From Phyllobates terribilis (lineage: Eukaryota): DNA of 64,000 bases. The stretch covers positions 369,148,001-369,212,000 of the forward strand of contig NW_027362769.1 of the NCBI RefSeq assembly GCF_046119375.1, given 5' to 3'. Positions 39,302 through 51,395 of the stretch are shown here, piece after piece (position 1 is the stretch's first letter; the number at the start of each line of letters is the position of its first letter). The notes under the pieces are model-generated. The model saw only the letters and a list, made by a program, of their open reading frames with translations. It was not told the DNA's origin and searched no databases. A program made the translations under genes and the position numbers.

Positions 39302-40205
39302 GGCTGCGTGCCCAAGAAGCAGTTTCCAAGAGTTTATGCTGTGGAATTTACGCAGCGTCAACGCTTGGGAAACGCTTGATAATCCGTCCCCCATGGTCCC
39401 CAATGACAAGCCGCAATGTCAACGCCCATGCTGCGGATTTTTACGCAGCATTTATATTGCACGCAAAAATCCGCATGTCCATTAATTTTTGTGGACACGC
39501 AGACTAATCGCCGCCATTGACTTGCATTGGACCGCGTGACATCCGCATCACTGCATCTGCACAAGCGGATATCACACGGTTCAATGTGAGGATGGTACCC
39601 GGGTCTGGAGAAGAGGAGACTCTCATCCAGACCCGGGTACCATAGAAACTGTAAAAAAAAAAAAAAAAGAATTTAAAATAAAAAATAAAGCTTATACTCA
39701 CCTTCCGATGTCCTCCGGGTGTTTTCTCCCCTCCGTTTGGTCTGCTGTATGGGTAGCGGTGTTGTGAAGGACCTGCCATGACGTCATTGAGTCATGTGAC
39801 CTGTCACATGACTCAATGACGTCACCGCAGGTGCTTCACACCACCGCGAGCCGCCCAAGACACCGGACGCAGCAGAGAAAACACCGGGAGGACATCGGAA
39901 GGTGAGTATAAGCTTTATTTTTTACCATTCTTATTCTTTTTTTTCTAACTAACTTGGTCACACTACTATAAATCCATGCCGGTTGCATGGATTTATATAG
40001 TGTGAACAAGTTGTCAGGCACTTTCCAAATGATGCTAAAATCGCTTGGAAAAGCGCTTGATAACCCTCAAGCAGAAATGCATGCAAAAACGCTTGACAAA
40101 CGCTTCTACCTGGCGGGAAAAACACATTTTAAAACCGCATGCGTTTTTCCTGCCAGGGAGAAGCGGAAAAAATCTGCAGCATTTCTGCATCGTGGGCGCT
40201 TAGCC
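39302..40205. mobile_element. Harbinger-type MITE with internal inverted arms; sister copy at 44688-45447
   Basis: Ends GGCTGCGTGCCCA / TGGGCGCTTAGCC; shared internal sequence with 44688-45447. Confidence 0.75.
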
Positions 40206-40411
40206 TAAGTTGCACGCGACTCACACTGAGGAGTAATGTTGCTGCAACCGGCAAGTTTTGGGGTCTTTAATGTGAGGCCAGGTCTACGTTCCGTGTCCGG
40301 ACCCCCCCGGACCCAAGCTCACAAGCTTCGTGTATGCCGATAAGGCCTGTGGGTCAGGAGACCACCGGACCATGGCTGCCAGACATGTGGACTGGCCTTA
40401 AAGGGGGTTCT

Positions 40412-40669
40412 GGTGGCTCAGTGGTTAGCATTGCAGCGCTGGGGTCCTGGGTTCAAATCCCACCAAGGACAACATCTGCAAGGAGTTTGTATGTTCTCCC
40501 CATGTTTGTGTGGGTTTCCTCCGGGTTCTCCGGTTTCCTCCCACACTCCAAAGACATACTGATAGGGAATCTAGATTGTGAGCCCCGATGGGGACAGCGA
40601 CGATAATGTATGTAAAGCGCTGCAGAATATGCTAGCGCTATATAAAAATAAAATAAAGATTATTATTAT
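40412..40669 (+). mobile_element. tRNA-derived V-SINE-like element, near full length
   Basis: A-box TGGCTCAGTGG, B-box GGTTCAAATCC, V-core, L2-like tail; closely similar to 29226-29481. Confidence 0.88.
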
Positions 40670-40927
40670 ATATACACATACAACTCAATTAAAGGGGTCC
40701 TGCAGGGAATTAAAAGTGTCCTTCACATACAGAAATAGATACCAATTAAAGGGGCTTTGAGGTTGCGTTATTGGATCCCTTTAATTCAGGAGGAGCCCTT
40801 TAATAAGGAGATGGCAGTGCTGGGGATGACTTATCTGGCAGGTGTATGGTTTCCTGCAGCTCCCAGGATCTGATCTCACTATGTATCCCTCCGCCAGGGG
40901 CCTCACACACACTCATGGCCGTATTAC

Positions 40928-41500
40928 CCGCGTCTCCTCCGCGCTGCTCTCTCCTTCCTCCCGGTACTTCCGGTGTGGTGACGCCGTCGCCGCTGCTGTT
41001 CCTCCGGTTGTTTTGCTGTCAGCAGCACAGGAACAGGAAGGCGATCCTCTCCTGCTCACAGGCACGAGCGTCCCCGGCAGGCCGCCTGCTGCGCGCATAG
41101 TGCGTGCGTGAGTGAGTGAGCGCGCGCGGCGATCTCCATAGCAACAAAGGCCGCGAGTCCGGTCTCTACGCGCAGGCGCGACCCGGTCATACGCTCACAC
41201 TGACCCCGGCGCTGACGGATACACACATGGGTACACTCCGTGTCTGAGTTATGGCACCTGCTTGTGGCTGGTTCGGAAACTGCAAACGCACCGTGTGAAC
41301 TGTATATTGTTCTAAATGAGAAATCAACTTAATAAATAAATCTGTGGCCCCTATGAGTGTATGTAGGGGGGTCAAAGGAGAGCCGGGACACCTGCCAGAC
41401 CCAGTTTGCTGCAAGTTATTGTGCACCGTCCTTATTTGTTACAGAAACTGTGATAACGGTACCGGATCCTTTATTGACATAATGGCGTCCGGATCGCTGG
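40928..41500 (-). promoter_or_regulatory. naa60: CpG-rich promoter and first exon of naa60
   Basis: CpG-dense; ETS CCGGAAGT, X-box-like GTTGCTATGGAG, NRF1-like GCGCAGGCGC and YY1-like ATAATGGCG motifs; candidate donor GG|GTAATA at 40928/40927. Confidence 0.65.
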
Positions 41501-44500
41501 CGGACTCTACCAATGCAGCCTAACGCGGGGGAATGTTGGGTCCTCCAGTAAAAAGACTGTGAAGACCCGGGGTCGTCCATGGGTGTAATACCACTCACAG
41601 AACACGGTGCGGGTAAAACAGCGTGGTAATACTTTATTGACCCACAAAGCGGACAATAAACAGAACAGTCCCAGCAAATACCCAAGATGGTGCAACATTA
41701 CACAGTCTCACGCTTCTGCTCCGCCCGCATTGGGGTAGAACAGCTGCGACTTTGGGACTTCCAGGGCCGACTACCTCAACCAGTGACCCCTCCCCACTCC
41801 CCCCCCCCCCACACTTGTGGCGGGCCCCCACAGAGAGGATAGGAAGCCGACAGTCAATTGAGGTACAAGGCCAGGAGACCTGAGGGGACAAATATGGCCT
41901 CTCCGAGAGTTTCCATGGGGCTAGGCGACCGGTGGGTGCCTCCTGGCAACTCCAAATGGAGCAAATCCGAATCTTTCCAGTCAGGGCCGGTACCCTTAGG
42001 CTAGAATAATATAGAATTCAAATCTGTGTCTCTTTGGATAATGCCATGCAATCCATCTGCTGCCCTGAAGGATGTCTCTCATTCTCCTTCTAAAGTCTTT
42101 CTGATTCTCTGTCCCAAGAGTGAATCTGTCTCCAGCACTACAGACATTCCTGTTTAGATTTACATCTGTGTGAGGTCATCAGGCATAAGTAAGAGGTAAA
42201 GGTGCAGGGCTCAGTTATTATTGAGCTAATCTATTTATATAGTTGGTAGCACAGGGACTGTTGTAAATAGATGGATTTTAGTGCAATTAGCATATTAGCA
42301 AATAACACTGTTTCCAGGAAGAGACCACAATCAGGGTTAGACAAATACTGGTCTGACATTTAGAGCTACACAAATATGTAAAGACAATTTAAAACACAAT
42401 AGTGTATTCTCTTGACTTAACAAATCTAAACGTCTGGCTTATTAAGATTTTACTTAGTATCTTCACACAGACCCTTTTTTGTAACTTAAAGGGAGTGTGT
42501 CGGCCCAAACTGACAGTATAAATAAAACGCACACCCTTGTAGAGGATATCATCCCAATAATAATCGCAACTTTTGTTATTATGATCACTGCCTCTGTTCT
42601 GCAGAAACTGAAGTTCAATTACATATGCTAATGAGGTTATTAGTGTACCCTGGGCGTGGCCAAGCTTAATGCCCTGCCCACTGATCTTGCATGCCCCTCC
42701 TGGTGATTGACAGAACTGGCTTGTCTATGTTTTGTCACCAGGTATCAATCACCAGAGGGAGGCGGGGCATGCAAAATCAGTAAGTGGAATGGTACACTGA
42801 GCCTCTTGGCACCGCCCAGAGTGCACTGAACACCTAATTAGCATATTGGATAACACCTTAGTTACTGCAGAACAGAGGCAGCAATTAGATCTCTAAAAGG
42901 TGCAATATCCCCTCCAAGGCTGTGCACTTGGGCAAATCCATAGGGTAGAGGATAACGTGCAGATCGCTGGAGGTGCGACTTTTGGGATAAGTAGTGATCA
43001 GAGCTCTGTTGTCCCATCCTGAATGCAGTGGCAGTGCGCCTGCTCACTGTCTGCACCATTCATCGTCTATGGCACTGCTGAGGACAGCGCTCCGCTATTT
43101 CTGGCAATCCCATAGACAATGAATGGAGCGGAGGTGGAGTATAGGCACCACCACTGCATTCAGGATGGGGCAACAGAACCCTGATCTCTGGGGTTCCCAA
43201 CGTCGCACCCCCAGCGATCACCAAGTTATCCCCCAAAAATCAAGTTAAGATTCCCTTAAAACGTGGTAACACTTAATATTTTTTTAATATGTTGTAGATG
43301 TTGAAAAGTTCTGCAGATCGGTGGGGGAAGCCGGGTCACAAGACCCCCACCGATTGCAGACGAGAATTGTCAGAACTGCACAGAGTAGTGTATAGATCAG
43401 GCTACCCCTAAGCACAGCACTCCCACCTGCTGAGCAGCACACTCCTGACTAGTATATTGAGTGATCAGTGGCAGCCAGTCCCATTCACCCGAATGGTCAT
43501 CTCACTGGCAAGGGAACGCCATTCCTTCCTGATCAGTAAGGTCAGACCCCCCCAAGAGTGACAGGGCCGCAGCGCTGCTGTAATTCAGCGGCACCATCAA
43601 TGTGTCCCCTGCACAGCTGCCACCTGCTGTGAAGAAACGCAGCACCACCTTGTTCAAATGAATGGCCCCTGCAGTGAAAGGGTGGAAGCACTGAACCAGA
43701 CCGCAGCCTCCCATTGCTCAGGATCAGTGGGGGTCCCAGAGGTCAGACTCCCACCAGTTATGAAGACAGCTGAACGATTCCAAGAGCCATTTTTCTCCCT
43801 CGTAGGCAAGCGAAGACCATAAAATTTAAACAGGATGCCCAGTCAATATAGCAAGGTGGTCTTATACTTGCATCTCTTCAGTACGACTCCCACCAGGCCC
43901 TATTAGAGCATGATGGGGGTGTTACTATTAGCAGAGCTGAAGCAATGCAACAAGTGGATAACATCTCTAGGTACAAAGACCTGGAGGCTCTAACCTGTTC
44001 CTATTGTGCCACATGAGATATTAATGTATAATGCCAGCCCACAGGGAAATTTCTGTATGTGGATCCCCCCCCAAATCCTGTGCTTCCGAGGCGGAGGATG
44101 AAGGGCGAGGGGGCCGTGTACATGGGCACCCTTGTTTGCCAGGCAGGACAGGGGTCTTCTGGATATAGATCAGACCTCACCAATCAGACATGCATCTATA
44201 ATAGATGTCTGAGGTTACACTACCCCTTTAACATCCATAAAAGACCCTCAATCCAGGTAGCGTAAGAAGCGTTAATATTCGGGTCTTATTACACAGATGC
44301 AAAACCAGCCTTACCTGTCATTCAGAAAGATCTGCTCGGCGGTGTCTGATAATTAGCATTTCATTTCTTTACACACACACACACACACATATATATATAC
44401 ATCTATCTATATATTTTATATATACATAATAAAAAAAAATTCCAACCCAATAGCCACTATGCTTCTTCCCAATCCAGCTCCAACATGACCGCACAAGGTA

Positions 44501-44687
44501 AAACAGCCAGAAATCTATAGGGTAGGGGATAACTTACTGAGCGCTGGGGGGCCTGATGTTGGGATAACTGGGCTCACTATGAGAGGGTTGTACTCCACTC
44601 TTTCCGTAGACAATGAATGGAGAGGTGGTCAGATCCATAGCAATTAATAAGTTTCCCACTATCCCACAGATGGGGGATAACCCCTTA

Positions 44688-45447
44688 CGCTGTGTGCCCA
44701 CGATGCGTTTCAGCGTTTCCGCAGCGGCAAAAACGCTTAAAAAAAGCATGGTAGAAGGCCTGCCATGTCCCCCAAAGATAATCCGCATGTGCTGTGCACA
44801 TGCTACGGAAATTTCCGCTGCAGATTATCATTGCGGAAAAAAACGCAGCACTACCAATTATTTTGCGGAAGTGCAGCGTTTTCGCCGCCATTGACTTGCA
44901 TTAGAACGCGCCAATTCCGCAAGACTGCATCTGTACTTGCATAATTGGTGCGTTCTAATGTGCGGAGGGTACCCGGGTGTAGAGGAGAGGAGAGTCTCAT
45001 CCACACCCAGGTACCATTAAAAAAGCTGTAAAAAAAAAAAGAATAAAATAAAAAATAAATATATACTTACCTTCTGGCGGCCCGCGCTGCACTCCTCCTT
45101 GCTTCCCGGCACTTCACGATGGAATGAAGGACCTGCGCCGATGTCAGAGTCATGTGACGGGTCACGCGACGCTGACGTCGGCAGGTCCTTCAGTGTACCG
45201 CTGCCGGCAGCCGGGACGGTGAAGCAAGACAGCGCGGGCCATCGGAGGGCAAGTATACATTTATTTTTTGACATTCTTTGGGGTCACACCATATAAATCC
45301 ATGCTGGTTGCATGGATTTATATAGTGTGACCAAGTTGACAAGCACTTTCCAAGTGATGCTAAAATCGCTTGGAAAGCGCTTGTCAACCCGCATGCGGAA
45401 ATGCATGTGAAGAACGCTGAGCATTTCTGCATCGTGGGCACATAGCC
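44688..45447. mobile_element. Harbinger-type MITE (sister of 39302-40205)
   Basis: TTA TSD on both sides; inverted ends TGTGCCCACGATGC / GCATCGTGGGCACA. Confidence 0.78.
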
Positions 45448-45657
45448 TTAAAGAGAATAGTCTCTTTTTTTTTCCCCACCTACATCCAAAATGTGAATGA
45501 TATTGATCTTCTATTACAGTCCAGACAGGGCAACTGTGATCTAATGGTGGAAGCTTGTCCGTCCCTGGCCTACTGTAGCCTGTGTGTGATGCCATCTTTC
45601 CGTTTACGTCAGTCCTCTGTGACTATGAGTCCATCTCCAGAAGATTGTAGGAGGCAA

Positions 45658-46015
45658 TCAACGCATCGGTCGAAAAGGAAAGGTCATGCCAGGCATGAAT
45701 GTCTGTACAGGATGTCCTGGTAGTGCGGGGAGTGTTGGCAGCGCTGCATGGGCGGGCAGAGCAGGGTGTGTAGGCAGCGTTGCATGGGTAGGTAATGATG
45801 CATGGCCAGGTAAAGCAGTATGAGCGGGTAGGGCAGTGTGTGCTGGAAGAGCAGCATGAGCAGGCAATGCCGTATGTGCTGGTAACGCTGCATGAGCCGG
45901 GAGTGTGGGGTAACCCAGAGGTGGCGTATGAATGTGAGGGTAGAACGCAGGGGTCAGAGTCGGATGTGAGGGTGGCTGCGGCTGCACAGGACCGGACACC
46001 ACCAACTGCATCAAG
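45658..46015 (-). CDS. ints15: Integrator subunit 15 (C7orf26), last coding exon with LPxHxA repeats
   Basis: LMQLVVSGP...FYPHIHTPPLGY...GMTFPFRPMR*; acceptor at 46016-46017; in frame with exon 5. Confidence 0.92.
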
Positions 46016-46328
46016 CTGGAAGAGAAAAAAAAAATTATGTGGAAGGAAAGGCATTAAATAAGAGTTGTCTACAGTTTTGGACATTTTTTGTTTTACTTAA
46101 ATGCATGCATTCGGTGCTAAAAATAATTTTTGCAATTGGGTTACATTTCAAATTTTGCACCGATTTGCTTCCTGCACATTCAACTTTAATGTGGTCATAA
46201 ATCAGCTGAGATGAGCTCAGAAAAAAGATGAATAAAAGAAGTACAAATTCCCTGTCAGATCTTCATAGTGAGCTCACTAACAGATACTCAGTTAACTCAT
46301 TCTGCAGCCAGCAATAGACAGTGCAAAA

Positions 46329-46483
46329 TTGTAGATTGTGAGTCCTCACGGGCAGGGTCCTCGCTCCTCCTGTACCAGTCGGTGACTCGTTTGTGTTCAA
46401 ATTATTGTACTTGTTTGCTATGTATACCCCTTTTCACATGTAAAACGCCATGGAATAAATGGTGTTATAATAATAAATAATAA
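46329..46483 (+). mobile_element. 5'-truncated L2 3' tail
   Basis: TAGATTGTGAG...GGGCAGGGTCC...TGTAAAACGCCATGGAATAAATGG, (TAA)n end. Confidence 0.7.
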
Positions 46484-46719
46484 CAAAGAGGCTGTAGAAA
46501 GCAAACGGTGCAAGATGTTTAATGAAACCCAATTGCAAAAATGATTTTTATTAGACACTTTAAAACAGAGAATATACATACTTATACAAGTGTGTGTCCC
46601 CACCCTCCCCCAAAGTAGGACTCCCAATAGGATCTAATAGATTTTTTTTCAAAAATTAATTTTATTTTAAAGCCGAAGAAGTTAGGTGAAAGGAGTTAAT
46701 TTTTCTATTTTAAGTCTAA

Positions 46720-47188
46720 GGCGATGTTCACACATGTTGGGTTTTTCAGCGGGACAAATCTGCAGCAAAACTTAATCTCTGGCAGGAAATCAGCTGCATG
46801 AAAAACGCAGGTTTTGCTGCGTTTTTTCACTGTTCTTCTGTCTCTATTTACGCATCTACATAAAGTTCTGTGAAAAAAAAAGAACCCCATTCTATTTTGC
46901 CATCAAAAACGCTGATGCAAATTTTGGTGCATTTTTGATGCGTTTTTTTTCACCATCCATTACATCCTATGGGTGAAAAACCGCTGAAAGAAGTGACATG
47001 CTCTATTTTTCAGAAACCCAACCAAGGCACAAAATACGCAGCAAAAAAACAAAAAAAAAAAACAAGATGTGTGAACAGAGAATTCTGGTTTCTCATAAAC
47101 TTTGCTGGTACTGCAAAACGCAGCTGAAAATTTGCATAAAAATCTGCAGCAAAATACGCTGAAAAACCCAACATGTGTGAACATAGCC
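46720..47188. mobile_element. Harbinger-type MITE
   Basis: ~32-bp TIR ATGTTCACACATGTTGGGTTTTTCAGCG, TAA TSD. Confidence 0.88.
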
Positions 47189-47225
47189 TAAAACATCAGT
47201 CCATAGTCGACAATGGGGTACTCAC

Positions 47226-47265
47226 TTGTTATGGGGGAGTCGTGCGCAGAGGGTCCTCAGGTCAT
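47226..47265 (-). CDS. ints15: INTS15 coding exon 5 (40 nt)
   Basis: DDLRTLCARLPHN; AG/GTGAGT bounded; phases match the neighbouring exons. Confidence 0.92.
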
Positions 47266-47837
47266 CTGCAAGGGAAACAAAAGTGATAAACTGTTAAAGA
47301 CTTGCGGTCATACATCGAATCCTGTAGGACGTGCACCGGGTCAAATCAGAATTCAAGCTTCCCAGTTTTGCCATGATACAAAGTGACGGCAGATCCCTTG
47401 GATTTGTGATCAATGGGGAGTAGAGATTTGCAGGTCTCTGATCGAGCAGCCATGTCTGTAGTCAGTGGCGACCAGATTAGGGCCCTGCAAACCTCCTACA
47501 ACCTACGGTATTCCCAACGCCCTACTAATCAGGAAAGGCGACCAGGATACTGCAGGCAGGAGGAGGTTCACGGTGCTCAGGTCTGGTGGCCGCTAGACCA
47601 GGATCCTGCATCACCCTAGTGCTGATCCAATGTCTGGGACCTTCCCCAATCCCAAAAATGATGGCATCTTGGTGCTGCAGCCCCGTCACTGTGCTGTGCA
47701 GGGAACATTCACATCACAGGAGCGGCGCTGCGGTTCTCCTGCACAGTGGGCATCAACTCAGAAAGTGGCACCGTTGATTACAATGTGACCCTGCCATGAG
47801 GCCCATTAGTCCTGGATTTATCTATTGTAAAAATTAC

Positions 47838-48323
47838 CCCGAGTGCAAAGTAACGCTCCGGTAGCCATAGAGACTTGTAACGCTTGCGCCAGCCGGTCCA
47901 ATGCCAGTTCCATCTCTTGCTCGGCATTCAGCGGGTTAAGCTCTTCGCAGAGTTGCCCCAGTTCCTCCACCAGCGGCACGAGCTGCTCAAATATGATCAG
48001 TGCTAGACGCCCATACAGGCTTTTCTCTGTCAGGTGGGCCTGGAGGACCATGAGACCTTGTAGGACACTCAGATGTAGCTTGGAGTAAAGGTTCTGGTCT
48101 TCCCCAATAGGAACGCCACCAGCAGCCTTTTGTTTGCGTCTGTAAGCCAAAGGGGCTATCACACACCACCGCACCAGACCCATCAACGGAGAGAAGTCCA
48201 AGTAACCAATAGGCAGGTTGGCCGTAATAGGAGTGTTAAGGAAAGTGATCAGAATGAGACGAGGATCCTCGAAAATCCAAGAAACGATCATTTCCAGAAG
48301 GTCGTGAGGGGGAATAAGTTCTT
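47838..48323 (-). CDS. ints15: INTS15 coding exon 4
   Basis: EELIPPHDLLEMIVSWIFEDPRLILITFLN...LDRLAQALQVSMATGALLCTR; 486 nt. Confidence 0.95.
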
Positions 48324-48399
48324 CTGCAAAAATAAAAATAATTGTTTTTATAAAGGTTCATCCACGATGGAATCACCCATATAGGATACAATCTCTTAC

Positions 48400-48565
48400 C
48401 TGTGGACATGTCATACAGTGCTGCGACTGCAGTGATGAACTGGCAGCAAAATCGTGGGCTGACATTAAAGATTTGCTTCAGGGTCTGCACAGAGCCAGGA
48501 ACTAAGCCGCAGTAGTCGCCCACAAGAGCCTTGGCCAGACGTACACAGTACACGGCAGGAGTGCG
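48400..48565 (-). CDS. ints15: INTS15 coding exon 3
   Basis: RTPAVYCVRLAKALVGDYC...SPRFCCQFITAVAALYDMST; 166 nt. Confidence 0.95.
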
Positions 48566-48677
48566 CTAAGTCAGAGGACACGACAGAAGTGTAAGACGAC
48601 GTGCAAAGGAAAAAATATTATTCTGCATTCACTGACAGCAAGCAGAGATTGAAAACAGTAAAAATTTGACTTTGTAC

Positions 48678-48899
48678 CTGGAGCCACGACGCTGCACACT
48701 CCAGCACCGGCAGCCGGCACACCGCCACTGCCATGGACGTCAGCTTCCCCAGGAGCACCATGCGCTGCTCATCTGCCTTATTCCCCTGCGGGCTGAACAG
48801 CGAGGAGAAGATGACCTGGCGGACTGCCTCCTTGGTTTGGTCTTGGAAGTAGTTGCAAAGAATCTCCAGCAGCTGCAGCTCTTGCATGGCGGTAAATCG
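48678..48899 (-). CDS. ints15: INTS15 coding exon 2
   Basis: RFTAMQELQLLEILCNYFQ...LFSPQGNKAD...LECAASWLQ; 222 nt. Confidence 0.95.
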
Positions 48900-50184
48900 C
48901 TGAAGGGAGGAAAAAAAATCGGGTCAAAATTAAGCATCACTTATTAGGGTCCATATGTTTCCTATATGTACGATATTGATAATACGGGAAGTGGGGCACT
49001 GGCCACTAACAAGTATTTGCCTATCCCAGGATTGCACTATTTGGGACACTTACTGACTGAGCCACTTGTCAGTGAGTTGGTGCCACATAATGTGATTAGA
49101 TAGACATCGTAGCTTTACTTGCAAGATTTTCAAAGCGTGCAGATTAACGAGTTATTCCCCATCTGTATAATAGGGGATGCTTTACTGATCGCTAGGGAAA
49201 AGCTGAACATGGCGCTGGGCCACTTCTGACAGATCTACAGACAACGAATGGAGCAGAGGTCAAAAAATGCGCACCACCGCTCCATTCAAGACGAGGTTCT
49301 ATAGAACCCTTTTCTCAGTGGTCGGACCCCCAGTAATCAGTAAGGAACCCCCTACGTTATGGATAGTAGTGCATAAAGAAAAAAGGAGAAAATGCTTCAT
49401 AGAGCAACAATACTCATATCAGTAATGCTGCAACAACATAAGTGATCAAATCCTTTCAGAAACCAAAGAGATGATTGGCAGCCACCTCTCCCTCTCGGGT
49501 CGCCCATATGGGTTCAGCCATAGTAAAAAGCAAGCAGTATATTAAAAACGAGGGTATAGTAAGGGGCGCCGATAAAAACATAGATGAAGGAATATAATCC
49601 AAAAATAGCTTATTTGGGTGGCAGAAAAAAAAACTGGCTTCAGGGCTTAACCGTCTCCTTAGCCAGGCAAGCACATCAATCAATGATTACTGTGCTTCTT
49701 TGACGAAGGGGCCGGGTGACCCTAAAACCAGTTAGTTATTCAGGTGGCAGAAAGCATCTTATTCGGGGGGAGAACTAGACCCTGTATCCAAGCACACCAA
49801 TCAATATTTAGCATGCTTGTCTGATGTAGGAGTCCACTCGCCTCTGAAACACCTTGCTTTCTGCAACCTTAATAAACTAACACATTTCAGGGTACCCCGG
49901 CTCCTTTGTATATATATAAAAAATAAAAAAAAAAACACATTTATGACCAGTCCACATAATAGGAGATAAATACTGAATATTTACTCCCTCTTATTATGAG
50001 AATAGGTGTCCCATGTCTCCCATAGGTGGTCAATGACATAGACAGCACTTCTCTGCCAGTCTATAAACTTTAAATGACGTAGTAGCGTGGATGCGGGACA
50101 ACCGCTCTATTCAAAGGGCAGATGAGATCCTTGTACTCGTGACGGATATGATTGCTGTGGGGGATCCTACTATACGTTGAAGAG

Positions 50185-50910
50185 AAGGGGTTGTCCCAAA
50201 AAATAAAGTACATTTTAATGAATAAATTTTGGAATAATAATAAGTCTCGCACTTGGATGCGTTAAAAAAATGTTCCTGTCCTGAAATAATTTTATAAATG
50301 TGCCCCTGCTATGTCTGACCGTGCAGAGCTGCACCAGTTCTTGGTCGGAACATATCACAGCTCCTGGCCAGGGAAGGAAGCATCAGTACACTTATGATAA
50401 GGGAGCATATAGATGATAGAAGCAACTGCGAGTCCCTGCTGTTTCTGTGAGGCAACACATTTCCCTGCCTGTTTTATCACAGGAGTGAGTGTTTCTGCCA
50501 TGTCTCCCGCCTTCTGAGCTCATCATAAATTAAGTCAGTGACGTACTGGGGTATGATCACACCAGTGGCCATCGGAGCTTGAATGTCTTTGACTTGGTTT
50601 ATGATGAGATCAGAAGGCTGGAGACATGATAGAAACACTCCTGTGATAAAACAGGCAGGGAAATATGTTACCTCACAGAAGCCCCTGCTGTGTCATCTGT
50701 ATGCTCCCTTATCATAAGCGACTTATGCTTCCCCCCTTCCCAGGAGCTGTGGTATGATCAGACCATGTCCCTGCACAGTGAGACACAGCCATTAGACAGC
50801 AGGGGCACATTTATATAAGATTATCTCAGCACAGGAACATTTTTGAACACATTCAATTGTGAAACTTATTATTATTCTAAGATGTACGTGGTTCACTGGA
50901 GAGCCCTTTA
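50185..50910. mobile_element. Long-inverted-arm MITE related to 25004-25562
   Basis: Shared arm sequence (ATAAATGTGCCCCTGCT...) in both orientations. Confidence 0.7.
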
Positions 50911-51203
50911 AAGAGCAGAGATCTGCAATAACAGAAGACAAAGCTGGAAGCAAAATGGGCTGCAGAGGTTTTTGTTACTTTTCCCTTCATCTGAACGGGG
51001 CTTGCAGAGAACCATGCGCTGACTACAGAAATGGTTATGAGAATCAGAAATTTCTGCAGGACACAAATACTGTGATTTTATGATCCTTTTCCCCAATATA
51101 ACCTTAGATTTCACACATCCCACTCATGGGCTGTGACCGGACATCAGGGGAGCAGGACCTGACCTTCCTGCAGAGTGATACAATCTAACGAGCAGACAGA
51201 AAC

Positions 51204-51395
51204 CTTGTTGTGGGATCCTCGATCCTTGGGAACTTGGAAGATGAACTCTTCAAGCAAATCGATGGGTCCCTTCTCCACCATGGGCACGGGGGCGCTCTGG
51301 AGCTGGCTGCTGAAATAGATATCCAGGTGGTAAAGGACCTCCTTGGCTGCGCTAAGGGCGTCCCGCCGCAGGAGAGAATGGCGGATGTCGCTCAT
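51204..51395 (-). CDS. ints15: INTS15 coding exon 1
   Basis: MSDIRHSLLRRDALSAAKEVLYHLDIYFSSQLQ...; preceded by an acceptor at 51403-51404, so a 5' UTR exon lies upstream. Total CDS 1464 nt = 487 aa. Confidence 0.96.

Noticed and set aside
40412-40470. tRNA gene
   Set aside because: A and B boxes only, with no cloverleaf; this is the head of a SINE.
41554-42200. LTR, or a small divergent gene (MASPRVSMG...) next to the naa60 promoter
   Set aside because: No second LTR terminus or TSD found; candidate exons have stops in all frames.
43790-43975. Exon-like block on the + strand with a strong acceptor
   Set aside because: Stops in all three frames and no linkable upstream exon.
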